64,000 nt of DNA from Marsupella aquatica (taxonomy: Eukaryota; Plantae; Marchantiophyta), in assembly GCA_973895155.1 (NCBI GenBank), contig OZ316891.1, positions 3,361,801 through 3,425,800 of the forward strand, given 5' to 3'. The notes below the pieces were generated by a model. That model saw nothing but the letters and a program-made list of their open reading frames with translations. It searched no databases and was not told where the DNA came from. A program made the position numbers and the translations under genes. Each line of letters opens with the position of its first letter. The first letter of the stretch is position 1. Shown here piece after piece: positions 1 through 11,994 of this stretch.

Positions 1-830
1 TTTGCTAAAGCAACTATTATGTGCAGTGTAGTGCACATCAGTTGCACCAGAATACAGCGTCAATTTCTCGAGCAAAGAATTGAAAACATTGACAAGGTCC
101 AGGAGCAACAGTAGAAAAGACGATTAATATTGGTTGGGAAAACTCTGCAGGCACGACGGACAAGGTATGACAACGAAACGAAAAAGGCTTCAGGGTATTC
201 TTACCAAATACCAGGAAAAAAGGTCAAGCAGATAGAAGACTGGAGACAAAGCCTCGAATTTAGCATCCTAATCTGGCAGATCGACGATGAGGGTATGGTC
301 CCATGGGAGTCATGCTCATAACAGTAGGCAATTCCATGAAAGACAAATTCGCTTTCCATCCAGAGACTCCAAAGACGAAACAAAAAGAGAACACTTCTAC
401 CACGTAACGCAGTGAAGTGAAGAACCAAGTATTTATAAATGGAAATCTGTTATGGTACAAAGGATTGTCGGTCTACATGTCCATCCAACAAGGAGATGCA
501 ACCAGGACAATGTTCGAGCATGTGACGCATTCCTTGATACTACAAATCAGCTTTACCGAAACAACAAGTACCCCTTATATACTCTCTTTGATGGATAGGG
601 GTGAGCGGAACGGAATCCTCTTGTCCCTGAACTACTCCCCGTAATCGATATGGGTAGGGGGATTACGGGACCGGTGGTATGCGACAACTCATGAGAGCGC
701 CTGATTTTGCGTTATCATCACAAAGGACTTCCGTCAAGAGATCAAACAGAAAGGACTAATGAAACCCTATTCTTCTTCTTTAGCGGGTGTGGGTCTCCAG
801 TTGGGGACGAGATCCTCATCAGCATTCGCA

Positions 831-1238
831 TTATGCAGCTCTAGACAAGTAGTAGGACAATTGTCTGGATCCAAATTCTGTTTCAATGTCAGCAACCGTC
901 CAGTTGCTAAAGATGTCTCTACGCACGGCATGACAGCGGGTGAGCCGAGGCTCAGGGAACACCATACGGTCCAGGGACACTCCGGAGCAACCTCCGAACG
1001 AGGCCTTCGCTCTCTGTGAGGCGGTGAGGCGATGGCCGAGATTGTGTTTCCGTTTAGCAGAGGAGCTCCTGGCTGGTTTCTTCGAGAAGCAGGTCCTCAT
1101 CTCCCCGCCACACCCATCTACGCTGTCGTCGGATCTCACAGAGGTGATGGACATGTTATTCGCGCGGAAGGAGTTATCCATCCTGAAAGAGTCCGTCGAA
1201 TTCTCCGTCGCAATGCAGGCCAGGCATGCCAACGACAT
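831..1238 (-). CDS. Small conserved land-plant protein of unknown function (135 aa, MSLxCLxC...PRLxRxxAVRRD type)
   Basis: ATG at 1238 lies inside track ORF 831..1427. The protein starts MSLACLACIATENSTDSFR and contains PRLTRCHAVRRDIFSNW near its end. This matches my recollection of a plant family with an N-terminal MSL(A/N)CL(V/T)C and a C-terminal PRLVRSRAVRRD..DW motif. A candidate 5'UTR splice acceptor (ctgcag|) lies at ~1297. Confidence 0.75.
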   Translation of the reverse strand: MSLACLACIATENSTDSFRMDNSFRANNMSITSVRSDDSVDGCGGEMRTCFSKKPARSSSAKRKHNLGHRLTASQRAKASFGGCSGVSLDRMVFPEPRLTRCHAVRRDIFSNWTVADIETEFGSRQLSYYLSRAA

Positions 1239-1565
1239 GGTTAGCTGTTCCCGCACCCCTCCCTCCCCTCCCCTCCTTCCCTTGCCGGCGTCAAATCTGC
1301 AGTCCAGAGCCAGGAACTTGTCAAATGAATTGTGACCATCCAGAAGTTTGCGGACACCCCCGCAAAAGCTCCGACCAAGGAGGAGGAATAGGAGGAAGAC
1401 GGAGTAATTCAATGGAAGGACTACCAAATTGGGCCCTAATCTCTAGTCATGCTGACATGCAATGAAACACCACCACTACTGTGCACAACATGCACAACAA
1501 TCCCGGATTTATTGCCTGGTATGTGGGCTACAAGGGTGCGGGGACATGACAGTAGTCTCACCCCA

Positions 1566-1567
<2 letters not shown>

Positions 1568-1615
<48 letters not shown>
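1568..1615. repeat. (AG)24 microsatellite
   Basis: Perfect dinucleotide run. It reads (CT)n on the sense strand upstream of the minus-strand gene at 831-1238. Confidence 0.97.
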
Positions 1616-1616
<1 letters not shown>

Positions 1617-2430
1617 AGCAAGGAAAACAGACGGAAACCTAATACCATGCCAAAGAACCACGAAGATCTTTGTTGCCGACTCCCCCTACCCTCTGAGCAC
1701 TTCGCAGCACAAACAATCTCTCTCTGTAGGACAGAAATGCTCAGAAAACGCAACAAAGACGCCACACATGTGCGTAGAAAGGACACTTTTAGGGCTTGAG
1801 GTAGAGAAGGCAACATCAGAAGAAAGACAACCCACCTGATAGGAAACTTTGGCCAAGGCGAAGTGACGAACCGAAATTCCTGTTCGCTCTTTCAATGCGA
1901 GATCACTCCTCCTCTCATGCTGCTCGACAGAATCGACACGCAAAGGGCCCGAAATAAAAGAGCATCCTTCAAACACGCAGCAGCAGAACGAATCACTCGA
2001 TCAATCAATCGTCTCTCCTCGGTCGCCCTCTTGTTCCGTCACGGTGGCTGAAGGAAAGAGATCGGGGAAATTCGTGGAAAATTGTATCAAACAAATTCGC
2101 TCGCTTCCTGACAAACCACGTCCGGCGAGAGGATCGGAACGGAGTACAATGGCACAAATTCTTCTAACCCAAAGCTCACAAGGCGAGGCTGATGATTCTT
2201 CTTCTAGTCTTGTTGTGCAGCTTCTTCTTCTCCGCGGAACATGGAGGTGAGATCCGACAAAAATTGGGAGCAATCAGCGGATTATCGGGAACTGGGACGA
2301 AAGGATCGAATGACACAAAAAGCGAGAGTGGTTCGCTCTTCGATGACCGCATCCCCGATGTGATTCTGGTCATGATTCCCGGGAAATTGATTTACTACTA
2401 GAACCCCTTGGAAAGGATCCCACTATTTCC

Positions 2431-2636
2431 ATCCATTTAGGTGACAATCCTTTAGCGTTGTCAAATTTAAGAGCTTCAAGTTTTTTGTGTGCAAAGTGAT
2501 CCATTTAGGTGACAATCCTTTAGCGTTGTCAAATTTAAGAGCTTCAAGTTTTTTGTGTGCAAAGTGATCCATTTAGGTGACAATCCTTTAGAGTTATCAA
2601 ATTTAAGAGCTTCAAGTTTTTTGTGTGCAAAGTGAT
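2431..2636. repeat. Tandem repeat, 3 x 68 bp
   Basis: Unit atccatttaggtgacaatcc...ttttttgtgtgcaaagtg starts at 2431, 2499 and 2567. The third copy has 2 substitutions. Confidence 0.95.
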
Positions 2637-5078
2637 GTGGTGAACCCCACTTTGGAGTCCATTCACTTGGTTATAAGATGTGTCTAAAATGATATATAAT
2701 AGGGCATTTAGAGATGCAGGCTTTCAGTCAGTTCAGGCTGTTTGAGGCTTTGCGGTGTGGGATGGTATGTTAAGTTGGCGACCGCACATTTTTCCTGAGA
2801 TGTTTTGCACACAGCAGGCCGACTCGCTACGAGCCCTCTCAAAGTTCACCCTACTTTGGTCATGAATGCCCAAAAAGCATCTCCCTGCTGTACTTTTGGC
2901 CATGATTTGTTGTGGTCAGTAGCCCGGACTGCAAATGAGAAGCACACAGATTGAGATGTCCCTAATCTACAACAAAATGGCAAAGGAGAATATACAGGAG
3001 GAATTTACAATTCTGATCTGTACCAGTGCTCTCCATGGGGGCTACCGACCTGCATTTCCTCCAGTATCCAGGCCAAGGTGTTTTTTTGGGTTGCATTGAT
3101 GGTAGGCATCACCAAATGTTTTCCAGGCTGCTGCACTATAAATTTTCCAGACCTGAATGTTGCATTTTTCTAAGTCTGGATTCTGCTTTGGCCAGTGCTG
3201 CCAAGCCACATCTATGGGTCTCCTCGTGCCACATGTTCACATATCCTGCCTCCCTCAACATTCCCTCGTCTTAGTAAAATTGGCACCAGCATTCATGTGG
3301 AGAGCACTGCCCATTTTACCAAGCTCCAGTGCAACATGGTCTTTCCACCCAGACACTATTGCAATGCAGGCCATATTAAGCATGCCAAAGATTTCCCCTC
3401 ATTAACGTCAGGCCACCGGTGCCGATGCTCTATGGTAATACCAGTTCTCCAAGAAGGCCATGAATTAAAGGGAAAATTCCAAATTTGCTTTTGCCCCCAT
3501 TTTTGCTGTAAAACTTACACCCAAGTCTCATAACCCCTAGCTAGGCTGACCAGGGGGTGCCCAAGGTCTCACAATCTCCAGCCACGGTTTATAGTTGATA
3601 ACCATGATTAGTTATAAGAGTTACCCAGAGCCCAAACACATCCCATTTTTTTCTGGGTTTTACTTGTCCCATAACTAAAGTACTCCTTTCAAGAATGAAT
3701 GAAAAAATCAATTAATGTTTAGTGCCAAAGTATTTCAAAGTTGTTGCCACATTTTATGGCTCGGATCTACAGTTCTTGTCTTTGCTGCAAACTGACTTAA
3801 TCCGTGTTCACCGTAGCACCAGACGTCACTGATCCTGTTTGCGGCGATCGATGGAGCCTACAAGATATGCACGTGTAAATAACGGGCAGTGAGGGCGGAA
3901 GGATTCGGGCAACAAGAGTCGGGCAGGCAGGAAACTCGGAGACCTCGGGAAAGTTATGTTCGTTTTCTTAGCTTGCCCGCGGGCAGGGGAGTCGTGCTCG
4001 GGAAAGTTTGTAAGCGGGCGGGCAGCGAACTCGGGTCCGGGTGTTCTCCTTTTTCTGGAGTTGCCCACGGGCAGGAGGAAGAGTTAACTTACCGTGTGTT
4101 CTCTCTTTTATAGGGCTGCCCGCGGGTAGGAGGGTTAGCCACCGCCGTCTGAAAGGGCGCGATTGAGGGAGCCAGCTGTCGGGCAGGGCAGGGAAAAGGA
4201 TTCGATCAATTTCGGATTTCTTTGGATGACTCGGGCAGTCGGGCAGAGTAGGTGGGGAACTGTGGTTGGGGGCCACTCCACTGAGGTCTGACGTACTGGA
4301 GTCAACTCAGCTTTATCCAGAGACCACAATAGACTATTCTCCTGAGACCCAATGGCAAGTATTCATGGACTGTACCATTGTATTGTAATGATTAAAGGAA
4401 ACTATTAACGTACATTTTTTAATGATGTAGGATGTTGAGTACTCAAGCACCTTTTATTAATGATGTAGGATGTCGAGTATTTAAGTACCATTTAGTGCAA
4501 TGATTGGTTGAACTGGAAACTTCAGTTTACAGTAAATTCTCTCTAAGTGTTCTTGGGAAGAGGGCTCCTACATGCACTAATCCAGGGGTTGCATTCCTTG
4601 ATAAGCGCACCCCCTAAAAAGTGCATTTATTAATAAATGTGCTTGGTGTGGATTCCTTTGTTAAATTTAGAGCCCCTCCGTTAGTGAGTAGTCTCTTGTA
4701 CTTTGTGTCCCTGCCGTAGTTTTGTGTCCACCCTCCCGAATTGCATTCTATACTCTACTAAGAATGGGCATGCATTTATCCCAAGATGCAATTGATTTTG
4801 TGCATTTACTGATAAGAGCACAGAGACCATTCTCAAAGGTAAGCACTTGTGAAGTTGTCATTGAGCCAATTATGTGCGCTTAGAAAAAGCACTTATCCCG
4901 TGTTAAAAAAAAGGAAAGAACAGGACATGCACTAATCAAGGGTAAGCCTCTATGAAGTGTGTGCTTAGAGAGAGCCAACCATAGTGGTGCTGGCCCCAAA
5001 ATGAAGGTATAATTATGCTTGATGAGAACTTGCCAAACAAGTTTGCATCAAGTGTTCCTAGGAAATTTTTGTTGTAAG

Positions 5079-5422
5079 TGTTGAGCATAGACGACATTTG
5101 TAACAGCAAGTCCATGAATCATCCAACGCACAATAGTCAACATAAAGAGATACGTGGTTCACCTCCACATGAGGCTACGTCCACGGGAACACACAAGAGC
5201 TTTACTGCACTCTAGGCCGACCGGCCATACCAAGCATCCACAGCACAAGCTCTCCCTATCTCTCAACTAGCTCCGTAACAATGAGCCTAAGTTCCACCAA
5301 GGTCTGGCATCAGCCCTGGCTATATGCACACCAACACTACCGCTAACATTAGCTAAGTCCTAACCCGAGTTAGACTAACTATGGTTAGCTCATGAGTCAC
5401 AAGACTAGAGCAATATCTAACA
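5079..5422 (-). repeat. 3' LTR of the copia element (344 bp)
   Basis: tgttgagcat...atctaaca. About 12 substitutions and one 4-bp indel relative to the other LTR. Confidence 0.96.
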
Positions 5423-5440
5423 AACTCTCCCTTGACTCTT
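5423..5440 (-). promoter_or_regulatory. Polypurine tract (PPT)
   Basis: Minus strand reads AAGAGTCAAGGGAGAGTT directly before the TG of the 3' LTR. Confidence 0.85.
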
Positions 5441-5628
5441 GTCTTGGGGACTAGACTAAAGCTACTATATGGAATCCTCAGCGGGAAGTTCTAGACAATC
5501 ACCAAACCAGGTCTCCCCCTAAAAACCACAAGGGTTAACTAAAGGTTAACTAGAACTAAGTCGTAGCCTAACAGGAATGAGTAATCCATATACAAATAGT
5601 CACACATTGCTAAATAACTCTACTTGCA

Positions 5629-8600
5629 CTACAATTGCAAAACCTGCAAAGTAGCACGGTGTCTTGAGAAACTCTCCAAAGGAATCACTTTGGTAAAGGC
5701 ATCGGCGGGATTGAGCTTTCCATCAATCTTGACTAGCTCAAAAGTTTTATCAGACACTGCTTGCCTGATAAAATGGTACATGATATCAATGTGCTTCACC
5801 CTGCTATCCATCACCTGGTTAGCAGCCAAGTGAAGAGCACTCTGACTATCCCAATTTAGAGACATTTTTCCATGCTCTAAACCCATCTCCGCGATCAACT
5901 TGTCCAACCAAATTGCTTCCTTTGCTGTTTCTGCTGCTGCAACATACTCTGCTTTTGTAGTAGACTGAGATATACACTTTTGCAAGATAGATTTCCAACT
6001 GATACATCCTTCTCCAAGAGTGTATACAAACCCAATTGTAGACTTCCTTGTATCCAGACAGCCTCCATAGTCAGAATCTACATAGCCAACCAACGTTCCA
6101 TAGTCCTGTGTTCCCTTTAGATACCTAAGAATCCACTTCACAGCTTCCCAATGTACCTTCCCTGGATTTGACATGAATCTGCTAACCTTGCCCATCGCTA
6201 GGGCCAAGTCAGGCCTAGTACAAGTCATCAAATATATCAGACTGCCTATTGCCTTCTCATAAGGAATCTTAGCCATCAGACCTTTCTCCACAGCATCCGT
6301 AGGAGAGAAAGCCGATGATAACTTGAAATGTGAAGCTAAAGGAATACTCGTTGGCTTACAGTTCTCCATGTTGAATCCTGCAAATACCTTCCTCGCCTAC
6401 TGGCCTTGACTCAAGCACTTGTGCACCGGATCAGCTAGTGCGCATGCCTCCTTCAATAATTTAGCAGCCATGGCCGCCTCATCTCTCAAGCTCTGTACTT
6501 CCAGATCCCAGGCGGTCAAGTGCAAGCTAGAGGGGTACTGAAAGGATCTCCATTTTCTCCACCAAAAGGACATAGGTCCTTGGTAAAAGCAATCACTAGA
6601 GGACAAAAAGACCAAAATGTTACATGGAATGGCCAAGATTGTTTTGGTGAGATTGAAAGGTAAGATCTTGCATGCCAAATCTTTGGAAGTGTGTCCACAT
6701 ATTTCGGAATTTAAGAAGAGTGCCCAATCTTTTTGGAAGTGTGCACAATCTTTTTGGAAGTGTGCCCAACCTTTTTGGGAGTGTGCTCAGCTAAATCTTA
6801 ATGACATTTATACTCCTTTCACTCTCCTTTTTGAGCTAGTCCTTGGGGACTCCTTTGGTACCCCTCTAGCTTGCTTTTGACCGGCCCTTCTTCATAAAGC
6901 CTAGTGGTTGTCTCATGAAGATCATCTCTTCCAAGTTGCCATAGAGAAAAGTAGTAACAACATCCATCTGATCCATCACCAGACTAAAAAACACAACAAG
7001 CTGACACAAGATCCGTATTGTGGAATACTTAGCCACCGGTGAAAAAACTTCATTGTAATCCACTCCTTTCTCCTGAGTGAATCCCTTGGCAACAAGCCGT
7101 GCCTTGTAGATCTTATCTCCACCCTCTGAAGGACTGTCCTTCAACTTGTAAATCCACTTGGTGTCCACCACTTGCTGACCTCTTGGAAGCTCCACCAGCT
7201 CCCATGTCTTGTTGTCACTCAAAGATTGCAACTCCCTTTGCATTGCTACATTCCACTCATGTTTCTACTCTGAAGCACAAGCCTCATTGTACAAAGAAGG
7301 TTCTTCTTCTTCCAAGATCAAAGCCATATCATCTTCATCAGGTGCAATGTCAATATCATCTAACTTAGATGAGTCTGCCCATTGACCATACCTGGTAGGA
7401 GCTCTAGTAGAATGACTGGAAGTTCTTCTAGTAGATGACTCAGGCTGATTTGCTGCAACTGCTGGTTGAATTTGAGATACCCCAACAACAATCTGCTCCT
7501 CTTGTTCCATCAGGAACCAGCTCCAAGCCCGGAGCTTTTCCATCTTTCCTGTCATGAACATCATCATGACTAATCTCCCCCTCAACCCGGTCCGGAATGG
7601 GAGATTTCCCCTTGTCAGTATGGGAGTCCTGAGAACTCTCCCCCTCATTTGATGATCTGGATTCATTAAAGGACACATCTCTACTGACAATTAACTTACA
7701 GGTTACTGGATCCCATAACCTAGAACCCTTCACACCTTTCTGATAGCCAAGGAAAATGCACTTCTTTGACTTGGACTCCAGCTTGGATCAAAGCTGGGAA
7801 GGTGTAAGCACATAAGCATCACATCCCAAAATCCTCAAATGTGAGTAATCTGCTGGACGTCCGTACCTCATTTCAAATGGCGTCTTGAATCCAATAGAAT
7901 TGGATGGAGAAAAATTTACCAAATAAGCTGCAGTGTTGACAGCTTCAGCCCAAAACTCATGTGGTAAGCATGATTGACTCAACATACTCCTCGAGCGGTC
8001 CAATAGTGTTCGATTGAGTCTCTCAGAAACACCATTCTGCTGAGGAGTACAACTTGTTGTGAGATGGCAGGTAATCCTCTATTCCTTACTATACGTTCCA
8101 AATTCACCAGAACTGTATTCATCGTCGTTATCCGATCGTAGATATCTCACCTTATTATCAGTCTGATTCTCAACTTGGGCTGTCCACTCCTTAAAACATC
8201 AGACTTATTGTGTAGAAAGTATATCCACACATACCTTGAGTAATCGTCAATGAACGTGACATAGTATAACCGTCCAAAATGTGAGGGAGTAGGGGCTGGA
8301 CCCCACACATCACTATGTACATACTCAAGTACCTCCTTACTGGTGTGAGTTCCAACTCCGAAGGGTTTTCTGTGCTGCTTCCCTAGCACATAGTGCTCAC
8401 AAAATTCCAACTTATAAGATTGCAAATTAGAAAGCAATCCTTTCTTCTAAAGAATAACCAAACCTTTTTCACTCATGTGGCCCAAACGGAAGTGCCACAA
8501 CCGGGCCGTCTTCTCATGAGATAAGGTTACATTGGCTTCATCACAAACAACACTGCCCTCCAAAACGTATAGATTGTTATGTCTCTTTCCCTTCAATATA

Positions 8601-9989
8601 ACTTTAGTACCAGTTGAAACCTGAAAGACAACATTAGCAAAACTTCACTGATGGCCATTTGCTTCTAAAACTCCAAGTGAAATGAGATTTTCATCATGCT
8701 GGGAATGTGTCTCACATTCCTCTTGAAACATTCTTACAGCACCATCAAACATCTGAAATCTTACAACAACTTGACATGGGAATCCATTTCCCATCAACAC
8801 TGACCCGTTGGAAATCGTGTAAGAATTGAAAAAGTCTCTTCTAGAGCAAATGTGAAAAGTACATGCAATATCTAGAATCCAGTCATCACTACCTGGATTT
8901 GACACTACGTTGAGAGCATAACCTTGACATCACAATATGTCATCATCATTGAGTAAATCTACCTCATGCGGGCTCGATGCCGCGTTAGCAGATACAGTAG
9001 GGACCTTTACTCCACAATCCCTTTTCATGTGGCCAGGCTTGCCACAATTCCAACATGCAAGAGGCTTCCTCTCTTGAATTTTCCCTCTGGATTTAGATCT
9101 TCCCCGTGATGTAGATCTAAACCTGTTCTGTCCATTCGTGCGTTGCTCTCCCACGGTTCACATTCAGCGCACTGCCAGAAGAAGATGTTGTCTGTGATTG
9201 ACCCAGCTTCTTCTGAGCATCATCAGACAGCAAGGAGCTCACCACCTCATTATACGAAATGGACTTCAGATCTCTATACAAGAGCACTTGTTTCAAGCCC
9301 TGATATGATGGCGGTAAGGAGCTTAGCAGAAGCAAGGCCTTTAGCTCATCTTCAACTCCTTTTCCCAGGTTTGACAGATCCACCGCTAGACTGTCAAACT
9401 CATCCAGGTGATCCTGCATCTTGCTCCCTTCCTTGAGCCTGAGGCTCATCAAGAGAGACTTCTTGTATAGCCGGTCTGACGCATCTTCCCGGTAGTACTT
9501 CTCTCTTAGAGTCTTGAATAGTGATGCGCAATCCGCATAATCATCCAACTGCTTGATGATGTGCGGCTTGAGATATAACATCACTGCATTGACAGCAATC
9601 ACCTATTCTCGTCTCCACTGCCTCACAGAAATCTCCTCCTCTCCATCATACTGCTCTCGCGATGAAAGCAGATGAGCTAAGCCCATGGCCCGAAGAACAC
9701 CCTTCACTTGCTTTTCCCACAGCAAGTAATCAGTACGACCATCGTACTTCTCCACCTCAAACTTTACTCCTCCAAATCTTGCCATCTCCCTCTTCTTTCC
9801 TACTACCGATAACTCTGGTAGTAACATAGCTTCCTCCACTGCACGCCGCACCAGTGATCGTACCGGTGATACTTGTTCCTCCTCAAACGGTAGTAGCTCC
9901 TCCTCAGACTCATCGTCTGATCGTCGCGATCCTGAAGCTCCACCGACGCCAATTCTTCCAGTATCCTCCGAGTCACTCATATGAAACAA
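5629..9989 (-). pseudogene. Disrupted copia gag-pol polyprotein
   Basis: gag: GVKFEVEKYDG..YLLW, with an in-frame TAG at 9603-9605 and a frameshift near 9140. Zinc knuckle CWNCGKPGHMKRDC. Protease WILDIACTFH. Integrase VHSDVWGP, TFIDDYSR and FWAEAVNTAAYL. RT KARLVAKGFTQ..GVDY.EVFSPV..QMDV. RNase H GYVDSD..., AEY and NPADAFTK. There are multiple stops and frameshifts, and the RT YVDD core is missing. Confidence 0.95.
6510..6887. mobile_element. MITE-like element nested in the copia RT
   Basis: Imperfect TIRs of ~35-40 bp with a perfect 17-bp core: gcaagctagaggggtac (6522-6538) and gtacccctctagcttgc (6858-6874). Internal ~21-bp tandem repeat (gtgtgcccaatctttttggaa) at ~6718-6788. No coding capacity and no TSD identified. 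Confidence 0.75.
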
Positions 9990-11632
9990 TCACGAAAAAA
10001 TGTGTTTTTTTGAAACTTCTCATAAAACTCAAAACTCAACACCGCCGCGTAGCCCATGAAGCTAGGAGTCCAATACTGAAAGCCGAAATCAAATCAAAAT
10101 TCGACGAAAAAGTTATTCAAATTTTGGTCGGGGTGGGTAAAACCTTGGGAAACTCCCCCGTTTTGACCACCTCGGAGAATAACCAAAATACCAAGTACAA
10201 CCCATCGTCGGAATCACGATGTGATCGGTGCGTCGTGTTGCTAACTCTAGTGGCAACGTCCTCACCGAAAAAGAACCAAAAAAGTTACCGTTTGGCGGAC
10301 GGAATCTTTGTCGGACGGCCAAAAATCAGCTCTCTATTTTTTGGGGGAATATTCCCGCACAGTCCGACAGGTCTCACAGGGGGTCGTTCCCCCTATCGGA
10401 GCGGTTAAAACGGAGGGTGGCAGGTCCCGACACAAGGAGAACAAAGCAGGAAGGGAAAAAGAGCAAAAAATAGGGTCCTTACGGGGGTGCACAGCCCCTT
10501 AAAAACAAAATACACCCCAAAATGCGCATCTGCGATGCACGACGCGAGGCGGGCCAGGGGGAATACAGGGCGTCAAGGCAGGGGTCAGGAGTATGGCAGA
10601 GGCGTATCGGGCCGCATATAGGCGACGCACAACAGCAAAGGGCCGGGGTTTAAACAAAGTCGTGAAGTGACTTCGCGACTGTCAGGGGGCAGTCGCCGGT
10701 TGCAACGTGCGTAAAGGGGTGGGGTGAGCGTGGGGCCGGCTTGCGAAGGGCTGGTCGGGGGTGAAAGGCCGGCGCGGGGAGAACAAAATTCAGGCCAGGG
10801 CGCGCGCCGGCCGCGATTGCGATCAAGTGTATGTTGGAGGGAGAGGGCCTGTCAAGGGGGTTCAAGGGTAGAGGCCGGAAGGTTATGAGGTGTGTATACA
10901 CATATACACACACCAACAACCCCCACTAAACCAGAAAAAAATAGCCCTTAAAAAAATGGTTGTGTTACAAACCTTGTCACTCCCGCATTAGACAAGCAAA
11001 GTGAACACCGCGACGGGAAAAGTTGCCAAATTGCACTGGCACATTCTGCAGCTTCAGCAAAGGAACAACTTTCCGTCACGTCGCCTTCACTCCGCGTCAA
11101 GTGCCAATCCCGGGCTCAAAACAACCGCCTCGCCGCGATCAAACCGTTGAGCCGTAGCACTTCGCGTTTCTTCCACCAAGTCGGACGTCACAAAGAGAAA
11201 CCCAGTTCAGATGAGAACAAGCTCCATAGCTTGTGAAAAAACCTGAACGCCTCCTTCACTTGTCATGTCGCACTCGGTAATAACTCGGCAGCAATCCAGC
11301 TACCGAAATGACCAGCTCGCTTCAACCTTCAACTTGAGCAATAATGTGCGATCCCTCCCGCATCGCATGGCTCACACCGTTGAAAAATGCGATCTCTGGT
11401 CTCTTCCCCGAAATACCGTCGAACGTGAATAAAACCTGAACGACGCAAACTTTGATTCCTCCGCACCACGGATACCGATCAGCGATTTTTAACCACCGTT
11501 AGAAAGCCCTCTCACTAACCTATCCGCTCAGCCACACACATTCGAGTTTCATGCAACAAAACTCCGAATGTACCATCAACAATGAACGCTGGAAAAACCT
11601 ATCACAAAATAACCTTGTCACCTCCCAGGCAT

Positions 11633-11644
11633 GCTCTGATACCA
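11633..11644 (-). promoter_or_regulatory. Primer-binding site for tRNA-iMet
   Basis: Minus strand reads TGGTATCAGAGC, 2 nt inside the 5' LTR. This is the canonical plant iMet PBS. Confidence 0.95.
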
Positions 11645-11646
11645 CT

Positions 11647-11994
11647 TGTTGAGCATAGACAACATTCGTAACAGCAAGCCCATGAACCATCCAACGCACA
11701 ATAGTAGACACAGAGAGATACGTGGTTCACCTCCACATGAGGCTACGTCCACGGGAACACACAAGAGCTTTACTGCACTCTAGGCCGACCGGCCATACCA
11801 AGCATCCACAGCACAAGCTCTCCCTATCTCTCAACTAGCTCCGTAACAATGAGCCTAAGTTCCACCAGGCCAGGTCTGGCATCAGCCCTAGCTATATGCA
11901 CACCAGCACTACCGCTAACATTAGCTAAGTCCTAACCCGAGTTAGACCAGCTATGGTTAGCTCATGAGTCACAAGACTAGAGCAATATCTAACA
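11647..11994 (-). repeat. 5' LTR of the copia element (348 bp)
   Basis: Direct repeat of 5079-5422, followed by TSD GTAAG. Confidence 0.96.

Larger units (their letters stand above)
5079..11994 (-). mobile_element. Full-length but defective Ty1/copia LTR retrotransposon (Tnt1/Tork-like gag)
   Basis: Two TG...CA LTRs (5079-5422 and 11647-11994). 5-bp TSD GTAAG at 5074-5078 and 11995-11999. PBS and PPT are present. Domain order on the minus strand is gag-PR-INT-RT-RH. Confidence 0.97.

Noticed and set aside
1436-1839. ORFs with (ER)n or (LS)n runs
   Set aside because: They are translations of the (AG)24 microsatellite, with no other coding signal.
2431-2636. CRISPR-like array
   Set aside because: Head-to-tail repeats without unique spacers, in a eukaryotic context with no cas genes.
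2870-3530. Coding-like fragments on both strands
   Set aside because: Multiple stops and no recognisable motif. Cannot be supported beyond a possible TE relic.
9854-10408. 184-aa plus-strand ORF as an antisense or env-like extra gene of the copia element
   Set aside because: It has a non-ATG start, partly shadows gag, and shows no transmembrane or domain signal.
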